Positions 25,003-37,996 of a stretch of DNA of 64,000 nucleotides are shown here, piece by piece. The position numbers and the translations under genes were made by a program. The first letter of the stretch is position 1. The number at the start of each line of letters is the position of its first letter. The stretch is from Felis catus (Eukaryota). Location: the NCBI RefSeq assembly GCF_018350175.1, contig NC_058369.1, positions 19,718,001-19,782,000 on the forward strand. Direction: 5' to 3'. A model generated the notes under the pieces. That model did not search any database. It had not been told where the DNA came from and saw only the letters and a program-made list of their open reading frames with translations.

Positions 25003-25412
25003 AAAATATAATTTATTGTCAGATTGGCTTATATACAACACCCAGTGCTCATCCCAACAAGTGCCCTGCCTCACCCCCTTGTCCACCCTCAGTTTGTTCT
25101 CTGTATTAAGAGTCTCTTGTGATTTATCTCTCTCCCTCTCTGTAACTATTTTTTCCCCTTCCCTTCCCCCATGGTCTTCTGTTAAGTTTCTCAAGATCCA
25201 CATATGAGTGAAAGCATATGATATCTGTCTTTCTCTGACTGACTTATTTCACTTAGCATAATACCCTCCAGTTCCATCCATGTTGCTGCAAATGGCATGA
25301 TTTCATTCTTTCTCATTGCCAAGTAGTATTTCATTGAATATATAAACCACATCTTCTTTATCCATTCATCAGTTGATGGACATTTAAGCTCTTTCCATAA
25401 TTTGGCTATTGA
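25003..25412 (-). mobile_element. Short felid L1 3' end
   Basis: TSD gatataaagacttttt at 24987-25002 and 25413-25428. Confidence 0.9.
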
Positions 25413-25787
25413 GATATAAAGACTTTTTGTAAATCTAGCTTAAGGAAACCTAGTTTGGCTTTTCATGGAAAACTACACATACACCTAGTAATAAATTATA
25501 TATGAAAACTATATAATAAACTCTATAGACAAAGAAAATAAGCCTTTTCTCTTAGGCCAGTCTATGTTTTAGGATATTAAATCAAAAGAGACGTTTTGGT
25601 TTATTTTAGCTCTCATATTCCTAAAGTACTATCTTCATCTGGTGGATTTTGATAGAAGTCTTGGTTTAAGTCACAAACAGGACGGCCATTAGATGGAAAG
25701 CTCTAGATAGTACTTTGTATGAATGTGAATTATGAGTGCAAGTTGAAACAGAGTTACAAGCATGAGAGATTCACTGGTGGCTTTTTA

Positions 25788-25960
25788 AAACAAAGTTTAT
25801 TTGGGGGGAGGGGCAAAGAGAGACAGGGGGAGACAGAGAATCCTAGGCAGACTCCACACTGGCAGTGCAGAGCCCGATGCAGGGCTCAAACTCATGAACC
25901 CTGAGATCAGGACCTGAGCCGAAGTTGGATGCTTAACCAACTGAGCCACAAACGCGCCCC
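25788..25960 (-). mobile_element. Can-SINE
   Basis: TSD tcactggtggcttttta. Confidence 0.88.
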
Positions 25961-26529
25961 TCACTGGTGGCTTTTTAATAATAAATAAATTGTGATTAAA
26001 GTCATATTTGTTAGGCAAATAGTTTAGATTCTATCAGTGATCACTAATTACGGACAGATTATATGGTAAAAAAAATTCTTATTTTGCTGGAAGAGTTATT
26101 CACTTTCCATGGGTTTGGAGGCTCTTTATACTCATTTACTCTGATTTTGTGTCCAGTGATTGTACTTTCTGTTGCAAGTAGTAAATCTTCTCTGTAAGAG
26201 TGTATCAACATTTTGTTGGTAAGAAGGGAAGATACAGATGTTAGCTTGTGCGCTAATTTGACCTTTGTTAATTGGGTAAGAGTATTTTTTCTTTTAATTT
26301 ACATCCCAACTTTTCCAAAAATGACTTACGAGAGCTGTTTAGGAGTTCGTATTTTTGGTCCCCTAATGTTTCTTAGAATGAGTAGCATTAAGAAACTTCA
26401 GGCTGCAGTTATTTTATTTCATAAGCCTAGTCTCCCCCATGAAGTTTCCACTTGATAGTACTTAGCAAACAGAATTTTTTAGTGTATGTTATTTCTCTGT
26501 CACACCCTGCCCCCACCCCACAACTGAAT

Positions 26530-26632
26530 TACTACAGTGTGTCAGACATTGTGCAAGGCACTTTACATGTATCAGTGCTAATTTTATCAACAAACTTGCC
26601 AGGTAGGTATTATCACCCCTTATATTACAGAT
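26530..26632 (-). mobile_element. MIR fragment
   Basis: gtgtcagacattgtgcaaggcactttacatgt...aggtaggtattatcacccc..tacaga. Confidence 0.65.
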
Positions 26633-26639
26633 TCACTCT

Positions 26640-27150
26640 TTCTTGTATTTCCCAAATATTTGAATACCTAATGGAGGTGAAGCACACTTCTATCTCTTGG
26701 AGCTCAGCTGTAAAATAATGAAATGAAGTCCCTGTTCTCATTGAGAAGAATAAAGAAGGATAAAATAGGAAGAAGGAAATAGACTATGTGCACTGGGGTG
26801 GGGTGGGAGGCTTCTGCTATGTATTTATATAGGATAATCATAGAAGGTCTTTCTGAGAAGATAACATTTGGACAGAGAATACGTGGAAGTGAGGAAGCAA
26901 TCCTATGGTTTTCTGAGAGAAGAGCAGTCTAGGCATACATGCAAAAAGTATAAAGGACTGAAGTGTGAGAGCTTGCTTAGTGAGTTGAAGGAATTGTAGG
27001 GAGACTGGTGTGACTGTAGTAGAGAGGTTGGTTGGGAAGGAACAGAGAGAGTGGTGGGAAATGAGTCCAGCAGAGGCTGTAGTAAGGACTTCAGATTTTA
27101 CTTTGAGATGGGATGACATTAGACAGTTTGACAGAGGAATAACATGCTCA
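26640..27150 (-). mobile_element. L2 fragment
   Basis: gaaggtctttctgagaagataacatttg...gtaaggacttcagattttactttgagatggg purine-rich antisense L2 pattern. Confidence 0.6.
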
Positions 27151-28066
27151 AAGAGTTATACTTTACTTTTGGAATTTGAAGACAGTACTCAAACTTTTCC
27201 TAGTAGTTCTTGCATTGTAAAGTTTCATCACCAGACATTTGGGTAAAGTGAAGAATTCTGTGTTTCTTACAATAGTCCTGCGAATAACATGTCTCTACCT
27301 TAGAAATTAGAGAGTTGCAACCAGTTACTGAGGAAAGGAAGATCTGGGGTTTCTGAAGGCAATACTTGTTTAGCATTTCTTTAAATTCAATCATGATATT
27401 ATGACTTAAGTCAAAGATATACATGATAATTGATTCTCTGAAAGCAGCAGTCTTTGTAGTAAATTATAATATTGAATGTTGTAATAATGCCTTCCTTTCT
27501 TCATTCAATATTCCATAAAAATTTAAACCTGAAAGTGTTAGAATATAAAAATATGTCTGAATCTTAAGTTCCTAATAGTGATCAAGCCATCAGACATTGA
27601 CTTAAGATGGGAAAGACTCTGATATACTCTTCACTTAAATGCATATGATGACAGTGAGATTGATGAGGACTCAGGCAATATGACCAAGGGGGTTTTACTT
27701 TGTGTCTGAGCATTGTGAAATCTTGGTAGTCAAAGATAAATGAGGAAAACGAAAGGAAGGATTATAGCTAGATTGTCCAGGGTTCTTGTAGTAGAAAAAC
27801 AGACATTTAAAATATGCTTTATCGTGTTAGCTAATTAAAAACATCTCTTTCCTGTTGATCCTTAATGGTTTTAGAAATATTTGAGTTGTTTTCTTTTTGA
27901 TTCTTTATCTGAGAAGTTATGAACTTTTTTGTTCTATATGTAAAAGACAAAACGATTGAGTTCTCTTTCTTCTCTCTTTTCTTTCTTCTTATGCTTTCTT
28001 CACTCTCTTCAGTTCTAAATCTTGTATAGAATGGGCACATTTACCAAACTTTGTAGCAGTGTTTTT

Positions 28067-28282
28067 TTTTTTTAATTTTTTTTTTAACGTTTATTTTTGA
28101 GACAGAGAGAGACAGAACATGAACGGGGGAGGGGCAGAGAGAGAGGGGGACACAGAATCGGAAACAGGCTCCAGGCTCTGAGCCATCAGCCCAGAGCCTG
28201 ACGCGGGGCTCGAACTCACGGACCGCGAGATCGTGACCTGGCTGAAGTCGGACACTTAACCGACTGCGCCACCCAGGCGCCC
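28067..28282 (-). mobile_element. Young felid SINE (SINEC_Fc-like)
   Basis: TSD cagtgttttt; near-identical to the other young copies. Confidence 0.95.
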
Positions 28283-29075
28283 CAGTGTTTTGGTTTTAAG
28301 AAAAGGTGATGCCTGAAATTCGTTGAGCACAGTTCTCATGACCCTCACAATGGTAGCATCCCATGGAGGTGATAATGTATTTTTGAAGTTGCTTAGTATT
28401 CAGCAAAACTGGTCTAAGTCTTCCTCTCTTCTTTCCTCCCCACCTCCCAATGAGAAGCAAGAGTTTGTATTGCAGTATAATATATATATTTAATTAATAA
28501 GGAAACCGCTTTTGATAAGCAATATTTTGAGGATTTACTGGATGAGAAATCATTGACCTTTGTAAACATGTTACCTGATCAAGTGTTTACTTGAAGTCTT
28601 GAGGTGGTGCTTTATCCTAATAATTCTCTCATTGTCATTTTATAAAAACCTTAAAAAAAGTGACATATAGTCATGTGCACCAAAACATCTGTGTAATTAT
28701 ATTGAAGCATTTGGATTCTGTAACTCCTTAATAGTTTTTCTTTGAGTAGTACAAGGGAGATGTTAACATGAATGGCATTGCAGTCAGATAAAAAATGACC
28801 TGTCATAAGATTTAACAAGGTAGCCTAAAGAATTTGTGAAATATGAGAAAGTATGGAAGGATGACCAGTACTTTGATACTGTGTGTAATATATTAAAGGC
28901 AACAGAGCATTCCTGTAAAAGTCTCCTAGTGCATATGTATAGAAAATTCTCTAAGGATATAATTCTCAACCTTTTCAGGCCTAGTACTAGCCTGCCTTTT
29001 TATCCCTTTATAATAGGTTTATTGAGATAGAATTCACATACCATAAAATTCACCCTTTAAAAATGTACAGTTCAC

Positions 29076-29197
29076 AGGGCACCTGGTGGCTTAGTTGGTT
29101 GAGCATCTGACTGTGGATTTTGGCTCAGGCCATGAGCCAGGGTTGTGGGATTGAGCCCTGAGTTGGGCTCCATGCTGGGCATGGAGCCTGCTTAAGA

Positions 29198-29248
<51 letters not shown>

Positions 29249-29335
29249 CCTCCCTCCCTCCCTCTCTCTCCTCTCCCCTTCCAGCTCTCTCCCCCACTTG
29301 TGATCTCTTTGCGTCTAAAATAAAATTTAAAAAAG
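29076..29335 (+). mobile_element. Can-SINE with a long (CT)n tract
   Basis: TSD tacagttcac. Confidence 0.88.
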
Positions 29336-29822
29336 TTTACAGTTCACTGTTTTCATGGTACAGAATTGTGCAGCTATCACCACTGACTAATTTTAGAATA
29401 GTTTTATCACTCGAGAAAGAAACCCCATTTCCATTAGCAGATACTCCCCCACCCCTTGGCAACCACTAATCTACTTTGTGGATTAGCCTATTCTGGACAT
29501 TTCATATAAATGTAATTATTCAATTTGTGTGTTCATGGTTCATCTATGTTGAAGCATGTATCAGAACTTGATTGCTTTTTATGGTTAAGTAGTAATGCGT
29601 TGTATGCGTATGCCATATTTTATTTATCCATTCATCAGTTGACAGACATTTGGGTTATTTTTACCTTTTGGCTGTTATGAATACTGCTGCTGTGAACACT
29701 TGTGTGCAGATAGTTGTTTGAATACCCATTTAAAATTTATTTGAGTATATACTTAAGAGTGGAATTGTCAGATCGTATGGTAGTTCTGTCTTAAATATTG
29801 TGAGGAACTAACAAACTGTTTT

Positions 29823-29977
29823 ATTTCTTTCTTTATTATTTTTTAACTAATAATAATATTCCTATTTATTAATCTACCAAAGGAATTGCTACATTGTATG
29901 GTAGTTCTTATTTTGATTTTTTTAAATACGAAATTTATTGTCAAATTGGTTTCCATACAACACCCAGTGCTTATCCC
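29823..29977 (-). mobile_element. Extremely truncated felid L1 carrying a putative 3' transduction
   Basis: TSD caaactgtttt at 29812-29822 and 29978-29988; about 55 nt of L1 terminus, an A tract, about 60 nt extra with AATAAA, then a second A tail. Confidence 0.75.
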
Positions 29978-29989
29978 CAAACTGTTTTC

Positions 29990-30449
29990 TTTAAAAAAAC
30001 TTTTTTTTAACATTTATTTTTTATTTTATTTTATTTTATTAAAAAATTTTTTTTTTCAACGTTTATTTATTTTTGGGACAGAGAGAGACAGAGCATGAAC
30101 GGGGGAGGGGCAGAGAGAGAGGGAGACACAGAATCGGAAACAGGCTCCAGGCTCTGAGCCATCAGCCCAGAGCCTGACGCGGGGCTCGAACTCCCGGACC
30201 CCGAGATCGTGACCTGGCTGAAGTCGGATGCTTAACCGACTGTGCCACCCAGGCGCCCCTTTACATTTATTTTTAAGAGACAGCATGAGCAGGGGAGGGG
30301 CAGAGAGAGAAAGAGACACAGAATCTGAAGCAGGCTCCAGGCTCTGAGCTGTCAGCACAGCAACCAACATGGGGCTTGAACCCATGAACTATGAGATCAT
30401 GACCTGAGCTAAAGTCAGACACTTAACTGACTGAGCCACCTGATGCCCC
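29990..30449 (-). mobile_element. Can-SINE with a younger SINE nested in its tail
   Basis: Tail at 29990-30021, body at 30263-30449; third copy of caaactgtttt at 30453. Confidence 0.85.
30022..30259 (-). mobile_element. Young felid SINE (SINEC_Fc-like)
   Basis: TSD acatttattttt. Confidence 0.93.
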
Positions 30450-30734
30450 TGGCAAACTGTTTTCTAAAGTGTCTGCACCATTTTACAACCTATCAGTAAT
30501 GTTTGAATGTTCCAATATCTCCATATCTTTGTCAATACTTGTTATTGTCTGTGTTTGTTATTGTAGCCAGTTTATTGGGAGAGAAATGGTATCTCACTAT
30601 GGTTTTGATTTGTATTTCTTTAATAACTAATGATGTTGAACTTTTGATTTTTTTATTAGTCATTTGTGTGTCTTCTTTGGAGAAATGTTTATTTAAATCC
30701 TTTTGCCTGTTGAAAAAAATGATTTATCTTTTCA

Positions 30735-30945
30735 TTTTTAAAAAAGTGTTTATCTTGAGAGAGAGAGAAATAGAGAGTGAGCAGGGGAGGGGCAGAGAGA
30801 GAGAGAGAGGGAGAGAGAATCCAAAGGAGGCTCCAGGTGACAGTGTAGAGCCTGATGTGGGATCCGAATTCATGAACTGTGAGATCATGGCCTAAGCCGA
30901 AATCAAGAGTCGGACACTTAACCAACTGAGTCATGCAGGCGCCCC
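30735..30945 (-). mobile_element. Can-SINE
   Basis: Antisense body ending gcaggcgcccc. Confidence 0.87.
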
Positions 30946-31554
30946 TATCTTTTTATTTAGTTGCAAGAGTTCTTTGTATATTCTGGATACTGGTCTTTTA
31001 TTAGGTATATGATATACAAATATTTTTGCCCATTCTGTGGATTGTATTTTTTTGATGTCCTTTGGGGAATAAAACTTTTAATTTTGATGTAGCTGAATTC
31101 ATTTATTTATTTTTTTTTCTGTTGCTTGTGCATGAAACCAGTGTTTAACACAAGGTCATGAAGATTTTCATCTGTATTTTCTTCTAAGAATCTTTGAATT
31201 TGGAAAGCATAAATATTTTTAATGTCTTCTCTGGCAACTCAGATCCCCCTTGCCAATTTCTAGAAATTTCTCTAAAATGCACTAATATCCCCATTTCAGT
31301 GGTAGTGTTTAAGGGATAATATACAGAAGTAGAATATCAGTGTCATACAGTATGCATATAACAAATACTGCATTGTTTTTGAAAGCGAGGACCATTTATT
31401 ATCACCCCCGCTAGCAGGATCTGATTTCTCTACATGCTCTTGCCAATATCTGCTTTTGTTAGAATTTAAAATAAAGAGTTAACCAATGTGGTAGATGTGA
31501 AATGTTATCCTGGTGTGTGTGAGTGTGTGTGTGTATGTATGTATATATATTTAT

Positions 31555-32090
31555 TTTAGTCAGGTTATTGTGGTATAACTTATGTGCAACAAATGTCACC
31601 CTTTTGGAGTACTTATCTATGAATTTTGATAAATGTATAACCCTATAACCATCACCACAGTTAAGATACAGAATATTTTTGTCACCCCCATATGTAATAT
31701 CAGGCTCCCTGTAGGCAACCTCCCTTCCAATGCCCTTCCTCCCAGCCCTGGCAGCCCTGATGTATTTTCTGGTCCTCTAGTTTTGTGTTTTCTAGAATGT
31801 TATATAACTGGAATCATATATTACATAGCCTGTTGTGCCTGTTTTTTTTTTTTCACTTAGCATAATGCATTCAAAATTCATTCATGTTGATCTGTGGCTT
31901 GCTTTTTCTGAGTAGTATTTCATTGTATAGATTCAAGCCACATTTTATTTATCCACATAGCAGTTGATAGATATTTTAATTGCTTTATTTTTGAAGATTA
32001 TGAATAAGGTTGTTTTAAACATTGTATATAGATTTTAGTAAGGACTTTTTTTTTTTCATATTGGTGGGATTGGTGGGTCATATAGTAAGT
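31555..32090 (-). mobile_element. Old L1 3' end (L1MC/MD-like)
   Basis: ttattgtggtataacttatgtgcaacaaatgtcaccc...tttttcacttagcataatgcatt. Confidence 0.55.
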
Positions 32091-33098
32091 GCATTAAAAA
32101 ATACTTTATTTTTTAGTGTAGTTTTAGGCTACCAACAAAACTGAGAAGAAGTACTGAGAATTCCCATATACCTTCTGCTCTTACACACGCACAGCCTCTC
32201 ACACTATCAGCATCCACACCAGAGTGGTGTACATTTGTTACAGTCAGTGAGCCTGCATCAACATATCATTATTACCCCAAATACATAGTTTACATCAGGG
32301 TTCACTCTTAGTGTTCATTCTGTTGGTTTGGATAAATGTATAAAATTACATGTACCCACCCTTATAGTATCACACAGAATAGTTTCACTGGCCTAAAAAT
32401 TCTCTCCACCTATTTATCTATCCTTCCCTCCAACCCTTGACAACCACGATCTTTTTACTGTCTCTCCATGGTTTTGCTTTTTACAGGATGTCATGTAGTT
32501 GGACTCATATAGTATGTGAATTTTTCACATTTCCTTTTCTCATTTAGTAGTATGCATTTAAAGTTCTTCCATTTCTTTTTGTGGTTTGATAGCACATTTC
32601 TTTTTATTGCTGAATAATATACCAGTGTCTGGATGTACCACAGTTTATTTATCCATTCACCTACTGAATGATAACTTGGTTGCTTCCACATTTTGGCAAT
32701 TATGAATAAAGCTGCTATAAACATTTGGTGCAGGTTTTTTTTTGTGGACATAAATGTTCAACTCATTTGAGTAAATACCTTGGAGTCAGACTGATGAATC
32801 ATATGGTAAGAGTGTATTTAGTTTTGTTAAGAAACTGCCACACTGCCTTACAAAATGGCTTTACCATTTTGGATTCCTACCGGCAATGAATGAGAGTTCC
32901 TATTGCTCCACATCCTTATCAGCATGTGGTGGTGTCAGTGTTTTGGATTTTGGCCATTAATAATATGTATGTGTAGTGGTATCTCATTTTAATTTATAAT
33001 TCTCAAATCACATATAATGTTGAACATCTTTTCATATGCTTTTTTGATATCTGTAGATCTTCTTTGGTGACGTGTCTGTTCAGGTCTTTTGAACATTT

Positions 33099-34336
33099 TT
33101 TTTTTAATATGAAATTCTTTGGCAAATTGGTTTCCATACAATACCTAGTGCTCATACCAACAGGTGCCCTCCTCAGTGCCCATCACCCACTTTCCCCTCC
33201 CTCCCACCCCCTATCAACCCTCAGTTTATTCTCAGTTTTAAAGAGTCTCTTATGGTTTGGCTCCTTCCCTCTCTGTAACTTTCTTTCCCTCTCCCCTCCC
33301 CCCTGGTCTTCTGTTAAGTTTCTCAGGATCCATGTAAGAGTGAAAACATATGGTATCTGTCTTTTTCTGTATGACTTATTTCACTTAGCATAACACTCTC
33401 CAGTTCCATCCACGTTGCTACAAAAGGCCATATTTCATTCTTTGTCATTGCCACATAGTACTCCATTGTATATATAAACCATAGCTTCTTTATCCATTCA
33501 TCAGTTGATGGGCATTTAGGCTCTTTCCATAATTTGGCTGTTGTTGAAAGTGCTACTATAAACATTGGGGTACAAGTGGCCCTATGCATCAGTACTCCTG
33601 TATCCCTTGGGTAAATTCCTAGCAGTGCTATTGCTGGGTCATAGGGTAGGTCTATTTTTAATTTTTTGAGGAACCTCCATGCTGTTTTCCAGAGCAGCTG
33701 CACCAGTTTGCATTCCCACCAGCAGTGCAAGAGGGTTCCTGTTTCTCCACATCCTTGCCAGCATCTATAGTCTCCTGATTTGCTCATTTTAGCCACTCTG
33801 ACTGGCGTGAAGTGATATCTGAGTGTGGTTTTGATTTGTATTTCCTTGATGAGGAGTGACATTGAGCATCTTTTCATATGCCTGTTGGCCATCTGGATGT
33901 CTTCTTTGGAAAAATGTCTACTCATGTCTTCTGCCCATTTCTTCACTGGATTATTTGTTTTTTGGGTGTGGAGTTTGGTGAGTTCTTTATAGAGTTTGGA
34001 TACTAGCCCTTTGTCTGATATGTCATTTGCAAATATCTTTTCCCATTCCATTGGTTGCCTTTTAGTTTCGTTGATTGTTTCCTTTGCAGTGCAGAAGCTT
34101 TTTATCTGGATGAGGTCCCAGTAGTTCATTTTTGCTTTTAATTCCCTTGCCTTTGGAGATGTGTCAAATAAGAAATTGCTGTGGCTGAGGTCAGAGAGGT
34201 TTTTTTCCTGCTTTCCCCTCTAGGGTTTTGATGGTTTCCTGTCTCACACTCAGGTCCTTCATCCATTTTGAGTTTGTGTAAGAAAGTGGTCTAGTTTCAT
34301 TCTTCTGCATGTTGCTGTCCAGTTCTCCCCGCACCA
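33099..34336 (-). mobile_element. Young felid L1, 5'-truncated
   Basis: 268-aa ORF2 C-terminus at 33323-34129; TSD tcttttgaacattt at 33085-33098 and 34337-34350. Confidence 0.93.
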
Positions 34337-34350
34337 TCTTTTGAACATTT

Positions 34351-34371
34351 AAAAACAAATTATTTATTAAT

Positions 34372-34431
<60 letters not shown>

Positions 34432-34555
34432 TCCCAAGCAGGCTCCACGCTGTCAGCACAGAGCCTGACGTGGGACTCGATCTCACAAACCATGAGATCA
34501 TGACCTAAGCCAAAATCAAGAGCCAGAGGCTTAACTGACTGAGCTACCCAGGCAC
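34351..34555 (-). mobile_element. Can-SINE with a long (GA)n tract
   Basis: Antisense body. Confidence 0.88.
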
Positions 34556-34848
34556 TTCTGCCCATTTTGTAATTGAGTGTTTTTTGTTAAGTTTTAAGAA
34601 TTTTTTGAATATTTTAGTAACAGATTTATATCTGATATGTCTTTTATAAATATTTTCTCCTGGCCTGTGGCTTGTCTTCAAATTCCCTTGAGAGTGTTTT
34701 TTGTAGAGCAATAGTTTCATTTTAATGAAGTCTAGCTTGATTCTTTCTTTCATGGATCATGCATTGGGTGTAGAATCCAAAAGGTCGTTGGCATACACAG
34801 GTAATTTAGATTTTCTCTTATGTTATCCAGAAAACTCTAGAGTTTTAA

Positions 34849-35012
34849 ATTTTATTTTGAGAGAGAGAGAGAGGGAGCACACGTGAGAATCTCAAGCAGG
34901 CTCCACATTCAGCACAGAGCCTGACATGGGACTCCATTCCACAACCATGAGATCATGACCTGAGCCAAAATCAAGAGTTGGACACTCAAATACTGAGCCC
35001 CCTAGGGTGCCC
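34849..35012 (-). mobile_element. Can-SINE
   Basis: TSD ctct(a/g)gagttttaa. Confidence 0.85.
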
Positions 35013-35642
35013 CTCTGGAGTTTTAAGGATTGTATTTTACATTTAGATCTTTGATCTGTTTTGATTTAATTTTTGCGAAGGGTGTAAGGTCTATCTCTAA
35101 ATTTATTTTTTTATGATGATATCCAGTTGTCCCAGCACTCTTTGTTGAAAAGGCTACCTTTTCTCCATTGTATCACCTTTGTTCCTTTGTCAAAGATCAG
35201 TTGATTATATTTATGTGGGTGTACTTTTATGCTCTCTGTTCTGTTGATCTGTTTGTTCTTTCTCTAATACTGAACTGTCTTGATTACTGTAGCTTTATAA
35301 TAATTTTGAAGTCAGGTAGTGTCAGCTTCCATCTTTTTAACTCTCCTTACGTTAGATTATGTTACATGTTACCTATTCCAGGTCTGTTACCTTTTCATAT
35401 AAACTTTGGAATCAGTTTGTCAATATCCAAAAACAATTTGCTGAGATGTTTACTGGCAGTAGGTTGTCTTATCATGCACAGAAGTTTTAAGTTTTGATGT
35501 AGTCCGGTTTATCTATTTTTACTTTGTTGCCTGTGCTTTTGGTGTAATATCCAAAAATAATTTTCAAGTTTATATCATGAAGATTTTAACTGTTTTTTAA
35601 GAGTCTTTTTAACTCTTAGAAGAGCAAAAGCTTAAAACTTTT

Positions 35643-35858
35643 TTTTTTTTTCAACGTGTTTTATTTATTTTCTGGGACATAGAGGGACAGAGCATGAACG
35701 GGGGAGGGGCAGAGAGAGAGGGAGACACAGAATCGGAAACAGGCTCCAGGCTCCGAGCCATCAGCCCAGAGCCCGACGCGGGGCTCGAACTCACGGACCG
35801 CGAGATCGTGACCTGGCTGAAGTCGGACGCTTAACCGACTGCGCCACCCAGGCGTGCC
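35643..35858 (-). mobile_element. Young felid SINE (SINEC_Fc-like)
   Basis: Perfect TSD agcttaaaactttt. Confidence 0.95.
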
Positions 35859-35879
35859 AGCTTAAAACTTTTATGAGGA

Positions 35880-36750
35880 TTACATTATTAATTCTTTTAT
35901 AGAGTATGCTTAAGAAATCTTTGTCTAACACAAGGTCACAAAAATGTTGTCCTGTTGTACCAGTTTTACACTTTTACATCTAACTATATGATACATTTTG
36001 AGGTAATTTTGTTTATAGTACAAGGTATGGGTAGCAGATTTTTTTTGTTTTATTGTTTTTTTTTTCCTTTGGTATACTTTTTTTTTATTTAATTTTTTTT
36101 CAACGTTTATTTATTTTTGGGACAGAGAGAGACAGAGCATGAACGGGGGAGGGGCAGAGAGAGAGGGAGACACAGAATCGGAAACAGGTTCCAGGCTCTG
36201 AGCCATCAGCCCAGAGCCTGACGAGGGGCTCGAACTCACGGACCGTGAGATCGTGACCTGGCTGAAGTCGGATGCTTAACCGACTGCGCCAGCCAGGCGC
36301 CCCTCCTTTGGTACACTTATGTCCAATTATTTCACCACCATTTGTTTAAAAAAACTTATTTCTCCATTGAAGTACTTTTGCACCTTTGTTGGAAATCAAT
36401 TGTTCATTTATGTGTGCATTTGTTTCTGGGTTTTCCAGTGTATTTCATTGATCTGTGTATCTATTCTTTAGCCAGTACCATACTATATTTATTAAGGTAG
36501 GTTTATCTTAAGTCTTGAAATTAGGCAGCATGAGTCATTCACATTTTTTATACCTTTTCAAAATTATTTTGGCTATGCTAGTGGTCAGTTGCCTAAATTT
36601 TAGAAATAATAGCTATAAAAATTTTTGCTGGGATTTTGATTGGCATTGCATTGAATCTACAGACCAATTTAGGGTTAATTGGCACCTTAACAAAACTGAG
36701 TTTTACAATTCATAAACATGGTAAACCTCTTAATGTATTTTGGTCTTCTT
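35880..36750 (-). mobile_element. Old L1 ORF2 fragment
   Basis: gctgggattttgattggcattgcattgaatctacagaccaatttagg antisense ORF2. Confidence 0.6.
36080..36303 (-). mobile_element. Young felid SINE (SINEC_Fc-like)
   Basis: TSD tcctttggta(t/c)actt. Confidence 0.95.
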
Positions 36751-36821
36751 GATTTCCGTTTTGTCCTTTTCAGGGCTGTTAGTTTTCTGATTTCCATCAC
36801 TAATGTGGGGTTTTGGTTTTC

Positions 36822-36955
36822 TTTTTTTTTTTCAGTATATGAAATTTGTTGTCAAATTGGTTTCCATACAACACCCAGTGCTCATCCCAAAAGGTGCCCT
36901 CCTCAATACCCATCACCCACCCTCCCCAACTCCCACCCCCCATCAACCCTCAGTA
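36822..36955 (-). mobile_element. Very short felid L1 3' end
   Basis: TSD ggggttttggttttc at 36807-36821 and 36956-36970. Confidence 0.9.
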
Positions 36956-37096
36956 GGGGTTTTGGTTTTCAAGCCTAACACAAGGCTGCAGGGAGGATAT
37001 GGGATAGGGGAATTTTAAAAAGTCTTTGTTCTTACCAAGATTCAAGTTTCTTGAATAAATACTGTTTGGATTATTTCAAGTAAACTGTTAGATATG

Positions 37097-37996
37097 TGAA
37101 TTCAACAAAGTCACAGGATATAAAATCAATGTACAGAAATCAGTTGCAATTCTATACACTAATAATGAAGCAGCAGAAAGAGAAATCAAGGAATTGATCA
37201 CATTTACATTTGCACTAAAAACCGTAAGATACCTAGGAATGAACCTAACCAAAGAGGTAAAAGATCTGTATGCTGAAAACTATTGAAAGCCTATGAAAGA
37301 AATTGAAGATGACACAAAGAAACGGAATAACATTCCGTGCTCATGGTTTGGAAGAATAAACATTTTTAAAATGTCTGTACTACCCAAAGCAATCTATACA
37401 TTTAATGCAGTCCCTATCCAGGATAACACCAGCATTCTTCATAGAGCTAGAACAAACAGTCCTAAAGTTTGTATGGAACCAGAAAAGACCCTGGATAGCC
37501 AATGTAACGTTGAAAAAGAAAACCAAAGCTGGAGGTATCACAATTCTGGACTTTAAACTGTATTTCAAAGCTGTAGTCATCAAGACAGTATGGTATTGGT
37601 ACAAACACATACATATAAATCAATGGAATAGAATAGAGAACCCAGAAATGGACATACAAACGAATGGCCAACTAATCTTTGACAAAGCAGGAAAGAGTAT
37701 CCAATGGTGGGGGATGAAGATAGTCTCTTCAGCAAATGGTGTTGGAAAAACTGGAAAGTGACATGCAGAAGAATGAAACTGGACCCCTTTCTTACACCAT
37801 ACACAAAAATAAATTCAAAATGGATGAAAGACCTAAATGTGAGACGGGAAACCATCAAAATCCTAGAGGAGAAAACAGGTAGCAACCTCTTTGACCTCAG
37901 CTGCAGCAACTTCTTACTAGATATTTCTCCAGAGGCAAGGGAAATAAAAGCAAGAAAAACCTTCTGAACAGCGAAGGTAACAGTCAACAAAACTAA
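37097..37996 (+). mobile_element. Internal L1 ORF2 fragment lacking 3'UTR and polyA
   Basis: ORF2 motifs (NIPCSW.GRINI.KMS.LPK; DSLFSKWCW); ends at cagtcaacaaaactaa. Confidence 0.85.

Larger units (their letters stand above)
29010..31190 (-). mobile_element. L1MB-like element interrupted by five younger insertions
   Basis: tttattgagatagaattcacataccataaaattcacc 3' terminus, continuing colinearly across the inserts. Confidence 0.7.
32103..35455 (-). mobile_element. L1MC1-like element, interrupted
   Basis: Characteristic 3' end caccagagtggtgtacatttgttacagtcagtgagcc...gtttacatcagggttcactctt, continuing into ORF2. Confidence 0.7.
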
